Virus record (IMG/VR): IMGVR_UViG_3300039065_000016
Reading direction: 5' to 3' (one strand)
Source: a virus
Length of the DNA stretch: 64,000 bases
Shown: one piece after another, positions 41,563 to 49,667 of the stretch
How positions within the stretch are numbered: the stretch's first letter is position 1
How the letters are laid out: the number at the start of each line of letters is the position of its first letter
Notes under the pieces: generated by a model
Seen by the model: the letters and a program-made list of their open reading frames with translations, nothing else
Database searches by the model: none
What the model was told of the DNA's origin: nothing
Translations under genes and position numbers: made by a program

Positions 41563-42614
41563 TACACGGACTCCTTGTTAGTCGCGGCGTTGATGTACGC
41601 ATCCAGCAGCTTTTGTGTATCGGTGCGGGCTATGCCGTTGTACAACAGCGCCATTACGGCATCGTGCATCGCCTCAGTCTCCTTAACCGGAATTAGGGCG
41701 TAACCATCCGGCACGCTGTGACTCGCCACAGGACCGGTATACAAAGGGGTCAAGAATTCGTAAGGTGGCTCTTCCGCCCAGCAGGCCGGATGGTCCAGTC
41801 CAATATAGATGTAGCTTCCACCGGGTTGGCTTGGATCGAGCAATGGCGCAAGTTCCTTTTTGCGGGCGTACCCTATGATTTGCGGGTGTTGTTTGTAGGG
41901 TTGCGTCTCCGCAAGCTTAGATTCAAGCTCCGCTATCCTGACCAACGCGGCGTCGCGCTCTATGACGATCTTCTGGGCAGCTTTGATGCTGGCGTGGTCA
42001 CCATGAACTAGCAACTTGCCGTCGCCGTCGCCTACGCCCATGGTACATTCGTGGGCGGTCTGTGCCGCTGCCAGTGCTTCGTTGAGCCGGAATCCTTCGT
42101 GTACCCAATCAGTCAACTTTCCTTCCAGCTCAGCGACCCTGGCCAGAGCTGTATCGCGTTCCGCCTTATAACGGCAATAAGTGTGGCCGTATTCATCACC
42201 GACCACGCCGTCGCAATAGCTTGCTGCCAGTTCGCTCCCGCGCTTTTCCGATGCTTCAAGTTCCTTTTCCAGACGAGCGATGGTTTCTAGTTGCTTAGCA
42301 AGTCGATCAGAATCGGACTTACCTGGCTCATGGCGGCATGGGCTGGGATTAAATTGCTGTTCAGGCTCTTCTGTCAGAGTTTCCTGCATTGCCAGGATTC
42401 GTTTTTTCCCGGCGTCAGTTATGCTCCAACAAGGCTGACTGCCGAACATGTATCCAGCTACAGAATCATCCCAGGACAAATTTACGAGTCCCATTCGTCT
42501 CAGAGCCTTCAAGGTTGAATCAGTCGAAGGACCGTGAATCCAATTGTAAGAATTCCTAGACAGCCCTAGCAGAGCTTCAACTTGCCTATGACTCAGCTTC
42601 ATCAAATCTGGCAT
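41562..42614 (-). CDS. winged-helix-like N-terminus plus coiled-coil protein (350 aa)
   Basis: Start trimmed to ATG 42614 (GAGGT SD); the track start 42698 overlaps the upstream gene. Internal repeat ALARVAELEGKL / ALVRIAELESKL. Confidence 0.6.
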   Translation of the reverse strand: MPDLMKLSHRQVEALLGLSRNSYNWIHGPSTDSTLKALRRMGLVNLSWDDSVAGYMFGSQPCWSITDAGKKRILAMQETLTEEPEQQFNPSPCRHEPGKSDSDRLAKQLETIARLEKELEASEKRGSELAASYCDGVVGDEYGHTYCRYKAERDTALARVAELEGKLTDWVHEGFRLNEALAAAQTAHECTMGVGDGDGKLLVHGDHASIKAAQKIVIERDAALVRIAELESKLAETQPYKQHPQIIGYARKKELAPLLDPSQPGGSYIYIGLDHPACWAEEPPYEFLTPLYTGPVASHSVPDGYALIPVKETEAMHDAVMALLYNGIARTDTQKLLDAYINAATNKESV

Positions 42615-42624
42615 ATCACTAACC

Positions 42625-43410
42625 TCAATTACAAATGGCGATATTGAGCACTTTATCACGACCGGCCGCGAACCTCTCCAGGAAGTCCACCAGGTCATTC
42701 AAGATGGTGCCAGCTCGGCCTAGTTTGTGATTGATCAGGAGTTGCGCGACTCGGTGGCCGACGAATGTTCCGGCAGGAATCTGCGGCCATGCTTCGCCGA
42801 TACTTTTGAGCACTGCATCGGTATAGCTTTTGTCTGCGCCGGCTTTGTGGTGGGCGAGTATCGTGAGATCGCGAACATATCGATTGATTATCCGCCGCAG
42901 GAATTCGTCTTCAGTCCCGGCCAGGGCGCCGCATTCACGAAGCTGACGCAGGAGGCGCCACCCCAGGTTACGCTTCCATTTCTCGGCGAATTCTTCGGCC
43001 TCTGCGAATGACGCACGCATGATGCTCTCGACTGGGATGGTGATCGCGCCGCCTTCTTTCGTCCCAGTTTCCAGAACTGCCCATTCACCGTGCTTGCGGT
43101 GCTCGATGAATCCGATGAGCATTCCGACGTTCGTTTCAGATTCCGCCATCCCAGTCACGCGAACGACGGAATGGCGCGGGAACGCTTTCGATCCATAGAG
43201 GCTGGACTGGGAATTGACCCACCCGGCCATGGCCAAGTCGGAGGCTTCCGCATGGATCAGCTCGCGACGGATGCGAACGGCCAGAGCCGGGTCCAGCTCG
43301 CGACTGCGACGCAGGTAGCCGGGCTTTAGGTTCGGGTCGCGAGTCTTGTCGACATTGGGATTCGGATTGCCGACCGGGAGTTGGTCGCGGGAAATCTTGC
43401 ATTCTTGCAT
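42625..43410 (-). CDS. hypothetical protein (261 aa), first gene of the minus-strand replication block
   Basis: Track ORF, downstream of the promoter at 43522-43548. Confidence 0.6.
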   Translation of the reverse strand: MQECKISRDQLPVGNPNPNVDKTRDPNLKPGYLRRSRELDPALAVRIRRELIHAEASDLAMAGWVNSQSSLYGSKAFPRHSVVRVTGMAESETNVGMLIGFIEHRKHGEWAVLETGTKEGGAITIPVESIMRASFAEAEEFAEKWKRNLGWRLLRQLRECGALAGTEDEFLRRIINRYVRDLTILAHHKAGADKSYTDAVLKSIGEAWPQIPAGTFVGHRVAQLLINHKLGRAGTILNDLVDFLERFAAGRDKVLNIAICN

Positions 43411-43521
43411 TTAATGTATCCTCTGTTTTGGAGGGCAGTACAGGCGGCGGCGCTAGTATCGGCCACTTTCCTGCCGAAGTAAAGTCGGATTAAATTAGCT
43501 CGCTTTGACGAGTCAGCTGAT

Positions 43522-43548
43522 AGTATACTCTTCTTGCGCAGAGGTAAA
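43522..43548 (-). promoter_or_regulatory. promoter for the minus-strand replication block
   Basis: - strand reads CTGCTTTACC-15 nt-TATACT (or 17 nt to TACTAT). Shares the TGCTTTAC -35 context with the + strand early promoters. Confidence 0.45.
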
Positions 43549-43577
43549 GCAGAACTGTACGTTATAAGGAACATTCC

Positions 43578-44000
43578 ATGGCGGAACATATTTTTACTCA
43601 CGAAGGTACTGTGGTGTTTGAGGGCCGGTCCCGGACGGTGAAGCTCCGGCGTGGCAACCACCACTGGGTAGACCCCGATAGACATCGCTATAGCCCACAG
43701 GACGGCCGCGCCGCTTCCCAGGCTGTCAAGGGTGCGGTCTTGGTCCTTTCGACCGTCCGCTGGCTCCCTGGGGCGAAGAAGGCCGCAGAGCAACTTAAGG
43801 CCTTCCCTTATAAAGGAAGGGTCCATGCGCTCGGTGCTGCTTGGCACTATGTCCTGTTGCGGCGCACGAAAAACTTCTATGTCGATCCGCACGGCCGCAA
43901 ATATCGTCGTGATACTGGGTGGTCTGTGGACGGTCTGCTTAAACTGAGTCTCAATTCAATTAAACCTAGCGTTGGAGAACGCAAATATGTCAGCATCTAA
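43578..44000 (+). CDS. basic hypothetical protein (140 aa)
   Basis: Track ORF. AAGGA SD. Overlaps the helicase start by 14 nt. Confidence 0.5.
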   Translation: MAEHIFTHEGTVVFEGRSRTVKLRRGNHHWVDPDRHRYSPQDGRAASQAVKGAVLVLSTVRWLPGAKKAAEQLKAFPYKGRVHALGAAWHYVLLRRTKNFYVDPHGRKYRRDTGWSVDGLLKLSLNSIKPSVGERKYVSI

Positions 44001-45174
44001 CTTCACCGTCGATCAGATCGAAGAGCGATTCGGCTTCCGACCTAATAGCCAGCAGATCGACGCGATAAATTCCGTCGTTAACTGGTATCGCGGTTGGTGT
44101 GATCGAGCGCACCGCCGTCAGGTCTATCGACTCGCCGGTTTTGCAGGAACTGGTAAGACTTCTATTGCGAAGATCATCGCCGAACTTTGCTGCTCGATGG
44201 ACTGGACAGTCTTCATCGCGCCGACCGGAAAGGCCGCCGCGCGGCTTCGTGAGAAAGGTTGCGTCAATGCCCGGACTCTTCACAGCTTTATCTATCGACC
44301 GATTGGTGAAGATGAAGACGGCGAAATCATGTTTGCCAACAAAGACTCGCTCGACGAGAAACCGAAGTTGGTAGTTCTCGACGAGTCGTCCATGATCGGC
44401 GAGTGGGATGAAGAGCGCCTGTTGTCGCACCGAATTCCGGTTCTGGAGATTGGCGACTTTGGCCAAGTTCCTCCTGTACGCGGCGTCCAGATTTTCCACG
44501 AGAACAGCTGTGACACCATCATGACCGAAATCGAGCGCAACGCTGGCAATATCGTTCGGGCGTCGATGTTCGTCCGCCAGGGAAAGCGCCTGCCCTGCCG
44601 CGAGTATGACGACATATTGGTCCGGGCCGGCTTCGATATGTCGGATGATGAAATGCGGACGTTCCTGGACGATGATGGCGTGATTCTTTGTGCTTACAAC
44701 AATACTCGCCGTCGCTTGAACGCACGCGCTCGCCGAATCCTCGGCTACAAAGGTGCGCAGCCGGGAATCGGCGAGAAGCTGGTATGCACTGGGAACCAGC
44801 ACGAATATGGAATCATGAACGGCGAACAAGCCATTCTGCTGGACTTCAAGCCGGTTCCTGAAGGGCAAGAAGATGATGACGAGCCTGATGAAATGTTGTT
44901 CGCCAAAGTTCGCATTATCGGTACGAACTTTGAACGCTGGGTTAAGTTCAATCCTCTGAGTTTTTCGGTCGAGGAAGACGTGCGGCTGGAGGCGCAGAAG
45001 GCCATTGGCGGATTCGACTTCGGATGGGCGATGACGTTCCACAAGTCGCAGGGATCAGAATGGAAACGGGTCGCCATGTTAGAAGAAAACTTGCCGTCCA
45101 TCCCTTATAGTCAGTTGATGTATACTGGGATAACTCGCGCAATCGAATACTTACTGTTCTTGCGTAAAAGCTAG
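43987..45174 (+). CDS. RecD/Dda-like SF1 DNA helicase
   Basis: GFAGTGKTS (Walker A), LVVLDESSM (Walker B) and C-terminal AMTFHKSQGSEW. ATG 43987 follows GGAG; the track start 43972 is TTG. Confidence 0.8.
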   Translation: MSASNFTVDQIEERFGFRPNSQQIDAINSVVNWYRGWCDRAHRRQVYRLAGFAGTGKTSIAKIIAELCCSMDWTVFIAPTGKAAARLREKGCVNARTLHSFIYRPIGEDEDGEIMFANKDSLDEKPKLVVLDESSMIGEWDEERLLSHRIPVLEIGDFGQVPPVRGVQIFHENSCDTIMTEIERNAGNIVRASMFVRQGKRLPCREYDDILVRAGFDMSDDEMRTFLDDDGVILCAYNNTRRRLNARARRILGYKGAQPGIGEKLVCTGNQHEYGIMNGEQAILLDFKPVPEGQEDDDEPDEMLFAKVRIIGTNFERWVKFNPLSFSVEEDVRLEAQKAIGGFDFGWAMTFHKSQGSEWKRVAMLEENLPSIPYSQLMYTGITRAIEYLLFLRKS

Positions 45175-45210
45175 GAACTTCTCGAACATAAATAAGTTCC
45201 CTAGAGTTTG
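45171..45210 (+). terminator. hairpin after the helicase gene (weak terminator candidate)
   Basis: ctaggaactt-13 nt-aagttc(c)ctag followed by agtttgg. Confidence 0.35.
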
Positions 45211-45334
45211 GACTTTCCCGAAAGAAAATATTTAGGAAAGTTCAGGCTAAGGGTATTCCCTTCTTCAATTAGTTTAGAGATAATCCCCGCACAGGCCAAT
45301 AAGCCATCCCTTTGAACATTCCCGGAGTAAGAAC

Positions 45335-46225
45335 ATGGAACAGAAGGACCAGAACGAACAGACCCAAGGCGAAGAGCTGACCAAGGAACAAGCAGCTACC
45401 CTGCGCAAGGCCGAGAAGGCCGCTGAGCGCCAACGTAAAGAGCGCGAGCGCGCCGAGAAGGCCGAGGCCAAGGCCAAGGAAGCCGAGCAGAAGAAAGCCG
45501 AGCGCGAAGAGAAGCGCAAGGCCGAGCGCGAGAAGAAGGAAGCCGAGCGCGCCGAGAAGGCGAAGGAAAAGGCCGCCGCCAAGGAAGCCGAGCGTGCTGA
45601 AAAGGCCAAGGCCAAGGAAGCTGAGCAGGCCGAGAAGGCCAAGGCGAAGGAAGCCGAGCGCGAGCAGAAGAAGGCCGAGAAGGAAGCCGAGCGCGCCAGG
45701 AAGGCCGAAGAGAAGAAAGCCGCGCAGGAAGCCCAGAAAGCAGCCCGCGAAGAAGAGCGCAAGCGCCTGGCCGAAGAGAAGAAGGCAGAGCGCGAAGCCG
45801 AGAAGAAGCGTCGCAAGGAAGAGCAGGAAGAGCGCCGCGCGAAGGCAGAAGCCCGTCGCGAAGACCTGAAGTCCAATGGTTCGCGCCGTCCGCGTGCCAC
45901 CCACTTCATCCCGACCGGCGACGGTCATGGAACCCCGCAGGCCTTCTCGACTCGCGGCAAGGTGTTCGCTTACATCAACGAGCACTGCACCGTTGGTGAG
46001 CCGGTCGAAATCGAATCCTTCGGCGAGAAGGTGGCCCACTTGCTGTACGGCACCTCGGTTCGCAGCTACCTGAGCAAGCTGGAAATCATGGGCTGGGTCG
46101 ATCTGGTTGCCATCGCTTCGAAGGAAGACGAAGCTGGCCAGGGCGATGACGAGAAGGCCGATGAAGGCCAGGAGCACGACGGTGAAGGTCAGGGCGCCGA
46201 CGGTTCCGATGGTGAAGAAGAGTAA
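45335..46225 (+). CDS. E/R/K/A-rich single-helix protein with C-terminal winged-helix-like domain and acidic tail (296 aa)
   Basis: Track ORF. GGAG SD. Residues ~20-190 are almost only A/E/K/R/Q. C-terminal ...VRSYLSKLEIMGWVDLV... is followed by a D/E/G tail. Confidence 0.7.
   Translation: MEQKDQNEQTQGEELTKEQAATLRKAEKAAERQRKERERAEKAEAKAKEAEQKKAEREEKRKAEREKKEAERAEKAKEKAAAKEAERAEKAKAKEAEQAEKAKAKEAEREQKKAEKEAERARKAEEKKAAQEAQKAAREEERKRLAEEKKAEREAEKKRRKEEQEERRAKAEARREDLKSNGSRRPRATHFIPTGDGHGTPQAFSTRGKVFAYINEHCTVGEPVEIESFGEKVAHLLYGTSVRSYLSKLEIMGWVDLVAIASKEDEAGQGDDEKADEGQEHDGEGQGADGSDGEEE
45400..45870 (+). repeat. low-complexity codon repeats (GCC GAG / AAG GCC / GAA GCC ...)
   Basis: Reiterated aaggccgag / gaagccgagcg units are visible throughout the segment. 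Confidence 0.8.
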
Positions 46226-46262
46226 GCCGCCGCTCTTCTGAGACCGAATCGTCTAGCTCTTC

Positions 46263-46293
46263 AAGGGACTCATGAAAATGGGTCCCTTTTTTA
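46263..46293 (+). terminator. intrinsic terminator
   Basis: aagggac-12 nt-gtccctt followed by ttttatc. Confidence 0.7.
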
Positions 46294-46329
46294 TCCTCCC
46301 AAGTTCTGTACACTCATAAGGAACATCTC

Positions 46330-47331
46330 ATGATTCCTGATCACAAAGTTATCATCGTGGGAGCCGGACTCGCCGGCCTGATCGCCGCGCATCGTTTCCC
46401 TCAAGCCCAAATCATCGACGCGGCGACGCCGACGAGCAAGGAACGCCACAACGCGCTCTTGCGGTTCCGCTCACCAGTCATCGGCCAACTCACCGGCATC
46501 CCGTTCCGCGAAGTCACCGTACACAAGGCCATCTACATTGACGGCGAGTTCGTTTCCCAGCCGCGCATCGACTACTGCAACATGTACTCCAGGAAAGTAA
46601 CGGGCGGCCTGTCGGATCGGTCCATCTGGAATATGGCGACCGAAAAGCGTTGGATCGCGCCGGCAGACTACTATGAGCAGCTGGTCGCTAAGCTAGCGAA
46701 TCGCATCAGCTGGGGCAGGCCTTTCGACGCCTCTTTCTTCCAGTTCCTTCGCCGGCAAGATGATCACGTTAATATCATCAGCACAGCACCATTCCGCGCC
46801 AATCTGGCTGCGGCAGGGCTGGACCTGGGGATCGACCCGTCATTCGGCGAAGGAACCTCCATCGTCGTGAGTCGGTACAAGCTTTCCATTCCTTGTGATG
46901 TCTTCCAGACGGTGTATTTCCCTGGTCCCGAAGTGGGAACGTTTCGAGCGTCCATCACCGGCGACACCCTTATCGTCGAATCCGTTACTAAGGGCATCGT
47001 GGAGACTGCGGCTGGTGAAATCGAAACCATCGAATGGGACAGCAACTGGGACCTGGATGAAGTTTGCTCGGCCTTCGGCATCAGGAAGAAGAATCTCATT
47101 CCGGACGGCGAGCCGACCGTCCAGACCAAGGGTAAAATCATTCCGCTCGGCCGCGACGAGCGCGAATCCATGATCTGGAATCTCACCCATGAAGCCGGCA
47201 TCTTCTCGCTCGGTCGGTTCGCGACCTGGCGAAACGTCCTTCTGGACGATCTGGTTTCGGACATGGACGTCATCGAGCGCCTGATGACTTCTTCGTCTTA
47301 TCAGAAGGCCAAGAAGATGTTCGTGAAATAA
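46330..47331 (+). CDS. FAD/NAD(P)-binding flavoprotein, GLF/UDP-galactopyranose-mutase-like
   Basis: N-terminal KVIIVGAGLAGLIAAHRF (GxGxxG Rossmann motif). C-terminal FSLGRFATWRNVLLDDLVSD resembles the GR-x-G/A-x-Y/W-x-Y-x-x-M-D motif of GLF-type enzymes. Confidence 0.55.
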   Translation: MIPDHKVIIVGAGLAGLIAAHRFPQAQIIDAATPTSKERHNALLRFRSPVIGQLTGIPFREVTVHKAIYIDGEFVSQPRIDYCNMYSRKVTGGLSDRSIWNMATEKRWIAPADYYEQLVAKLANRISWGRPFDASFFQFLRRQDDHVNIISTAPFRANLAAAGLDLGIDPSFGEGTSIVVSRYKLSIPCDVFQTVYFPGPEVGTFRASITGDTLIVESVTKGIVETAAGEIETIEWDSNWDLDEVCSAFGIRKKNLIPDGEPTVQTKGKIIPLGRDERESMIWNLTHEAGIFSLGRFATWRNVLLDDLVSDMDVIERLMTSSSYQKAKKMFVK

Positions 47332-47345
47332 TTTACACAAAGTGC

Positions 47346-47374
47346 TTTACTTCTGAGCCAGGTGAGAGTAGTAT
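47346..47374 (+). promoter_or_regulatory. early promoter/leader cassette
   Basis: TGCTTTACT-17 nt-TAGTAT. Exact leader CATCGAAACGCGAAAC at 47380-47395. Confidence 0.6.
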
Positions 47375-47420
47375 TCCCTCATCGAAACGCGAAACCCTTC
47401 AACCAAAAGGAATCGACAAA

Positions 47421-47651
47421 ATGGCCCGCGAAGTAACCTTCTCCACCGACAAAAACACCACCAAGACCTACGCCACCAAGGCCAATCTCGAACGCGCCAT
47501 CGCCAAGGCCGAATGGCTCGGTGAAAGTGCACGCTACTTCATCCACATGACCGAGGATGGCCGCCTGACCCCAGTGTTCCTTCTTAACAGCCTTCCTGCG
47601 GGAGCTGGCGCGGTGTGGTGCGCCCAGCACGGCTGGAATGTGATAGGTTAA
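47421..47651 (+). CDS. hypothetical protein (76 aa)
   Basis: Track ORF. AAAGGAA SD at the end of the conserved leader. Confidence 0.6.
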   Translation: MAREVTFSTDKNTTKTYATKANLERAIAKAEWLGESARYFIHMTEDGRLTPVFLLNSLPAGAGAVWCAQHGWNVIG

Positions 47652-47869
47652 TGGCAGTCGATCCTCGCGAGGCAGCGCTCAAGCGGGCGCTGCTGGCTTT
47701 CTTCAGGGCCACAGATGCCCTTGGCGGCGGGAGTCTCACAATAACGGCCCGGATCGTCGGGCCAGAAGGCGACAGGAAGCTTCGCGCCAGTTATTTCCTG
47801 AATGGCGAGAAGCTGAGCCTGTCCGATATCATCGCTAAAGTGGAGGCCGAAGATGGGCCGGATCGTTAA
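47651..47869 (+). CDS. hypothetical protein (72 aa)
   Basis: TAATG overlap. Inner start of track ORF 47615. Confidence 0.55.
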   Translation: MAVDPREAALKRALLAFFRATDALGGGSLTITARIVGPEGDRKLRASYFLNGEKLSLSDIIAKVEAEDGPDR

Positions 47870-48071
47870 CATCAAAGTAGTCATTTCTCGCACGACCGAG
47901 CGCGACTCCATGGGTGCGCCGTACATCCATGAGTCTTACCGCACTTTCACCTTCGGCGCCGCTACAACGTTGGTTGCGGCCATCGACTGGGTGAAAAGCC
48001 AGTGCCCGGAAATCGTGGATATGATCATCTACGAACCGGAGACGGTGGCTGCTCAGCAGGAGCGCTATTAA
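47853..48071 (+). CDS. hypothetical protein (72 aa)
   Basis: Track ORF. GGAGG SD 7 nt upstream. Confidence 0.55.
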   Translation: MGRIVNIKVVISRTTERDSMGAPYIHESYRTFTFGAATTLVAAIDWVKSQCPEIVDMIIYEPETVAAQQERY

Positions 48072-48337
48072 TGTACGCACCAGACCATCCTGAAGAGGTT
48101 CCTATGTCTTTCCTCGAAATGCAAATCGACCCGCCGCAAACGCGACAGACAGCGCCGTCTTTCGTGCTGGTAGGCATCCTGTACCTGATTGGCGATGGAC
48201 GCCTGGACGATAAGCCTTTCACTTCGTTCAACCTGTCGTTCGGCAGTCGCGAAGAGGCCGAGCGCGCCCGCGACAAGATTATTGAGCATTACCTGGACCG
48301 TCGCGATATTCGCGCCGAAATCATCCGCTGCTACTGA
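48071..48337 (+). CDS. hypothetical protein (88 aa)
   Basis: TAATG overlap. An alternative start at 48104 follows GAAGAGG. Confidence 0.5.
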   Translation: MYAPDHPEEVPMSFLEMQIDPPQTRQTAPSFVLVGILYLIGDGRLDDKPFTSFNLSFGSREEAERARDKIIEHYLDRRDIRAEIIRCY

Positions 48338-48348
48338 GGATTACAGTA

Positions 48349-48555
48349 ATGTCCATTGAACTGGTGTACCGGACCTCTGATGGCACTATCTTCTCGTCCA
48401 TGTGCCACGCCGAAGAGTATGAAGACCGTCTGGAGGCGTGCAAATTGCTGGCCGAAGAGATCGACAGATACGGTCTACACAAGGAAGATGCACAAGCGTT
48501 GGCCATTGCGCTGACGGAGAAATTCACTTTCACGCCAATTCCGGAAGATTTCTGA
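48349..48555 (+). CDS. hypothetical protein (68 aa)
   Basis: Track ORF. GAGGA SD. Confidence 0.55.
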   Translation: MSIELVYRTSDGTIFSSMCHAEEYEDRLEACKLLAEEIDRYGLHKEDAQALAIALTEKFTFTPIPEDF

Positions 48556-49472
48556 TGAAAATTTCTCTGATCAGTTATACTCAGAACGCCTGGGAACTTC
48601 TCCTGGGCACAAAATCCACCCGCATGCGCGGCCAAGACCCGGCGACCATGACCGAAGCCGAAAAGCTCGACCACTGGAAGTACATGCTGGACACCATTCG
48701 CTCGCCATTCGAATTCGTGGACTTCATCTTCCAGATCGAGGGCGTCAGCAAGAATTTCACTCATCAACTCGTTCGGACTCGGACCGGGGCTTACCAGCAG
48801 GAAACCAGTCGCGCTCTGGAGGTTAGCGCCGTTGTTCAGCCGGAAGCGTTCCGCTGGGATTTCGATGAGAAGGCTACGGCCAATGGTGAGCCGGACCCGA
48901 CCTATCACGCTCGTGAAGAGCTGAACCGCCTGTGGCATGATGCAATCGCCGACGCGCAGACCAGTTACCAGAAGCTCTTGGAGGCCGGCGCATCGCTTCA
49001 GGATGCTCGTGCCATCATCCCTTCCAACATGGAAACGAAGATCGCGGCCAAATTCAATCTGCGCACTCTGAGCGACATGGCGAAAGTTCGCCTGTGTGTT
49101 CGTACGCAAGGTGAGTATCAGGAAGCCTTCCGCGAAATGCGCCGACTGGTTCTGGAAGTCTATCCTATGTTCGATAGTCTGCTCCAGCCGCACTGCGTCG
49201 CCACTGGCTCCTGTGCCTTCCCGCGCTATGGATCGAAGGTTCTGAATGAAGATGAGATTCATGAGCAATCCTGTGACCGCTTCATGTCCGCTCTGGAGAC
49301 GAAGCCCGGCCAGATTCCTGTTGTTGAGTTGCCGGTGAAACCGATCTATCAGTGCAAGTTCTATCGTCCATGGATGGATCGCTCGGCCGAGCAGGAAGAG
49401 CTGCGCCGCGAGTTCTGGGGATCGGAGAAACAAGAGGCCAATCCTGTAGCGGTCAATGGGAAGTCAATGTAG
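48555..49472 (+). CDS. thyX: ThyX-like flavin-dependent thymidylate synthase (divergent signature motif)
   Basis: The N-terminus MKISLISYTQNAWELLLGTKSTRM and FEFVDFIFQIEGVSKNFTHQLVRTRTGAYQQETSRA follow the ThyX layout. The RHRxxSxxxxSxR motif reads RTRTGAYQQETSR. TGATG start overlap. Confidence 0.6.
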   Translation: MKISLISYTQNAWELLLGTKSTRMRGQDPATMTEAEKLDHWKYMLDTIRSPFEFVDFIFQIEGVSKNFTHQLVRTRTGAYQQETSRALEVSAVVQPEAFRWDFDEKATANGEPDPTYHAREELNRLWHDAIADAQTSYQKLLEAGASLQDARAIIPSNMETKIAAKFNLRTLSDMAKVRLCVRTQGEYQEAFREMRRLVLEVYPMFDSLLQPHCVATGSCAFPRYGSKVLNEDEIHEQSCDRFMSALETKPGQIPVVELPVKPIYQCKFYRPWMDRSAEQEELRREFWGSEKQEANPVAVNGKSM

Positions 49473-49473
49473 C

Positions 49474-49665
49474 ATGAAGATCATCATCGAGAAGGTTGGT
49501 GATGTCGCACAAGTCGAAGTGACCAACGGCGGCGAATCAATTCGCGTCACCATGAACGTGAAATCGTTCGATCTGGTCCAGAACGGTGAGCTGTTCCGTC
49601 TAACTTCCGATGGCGCTTTCATCGAGAAAACCATCACCCAGAAAGCAGAAAGCGAGGAAATCTGA
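49474..49665 (+). CDS. hypothetical protein (63 aa)
   Basis: ATG 2 nt after the thyX stop. The track start 49456 overlaps thyX. Confidence 0.5.
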   Translation: MKIIIEKVGDVAQVEVTNGGESIRVTMNVKSFDLVQNGELFRLTSDGAFIEKTITQKAESEEI

Positions 49666-49667
49666 AT

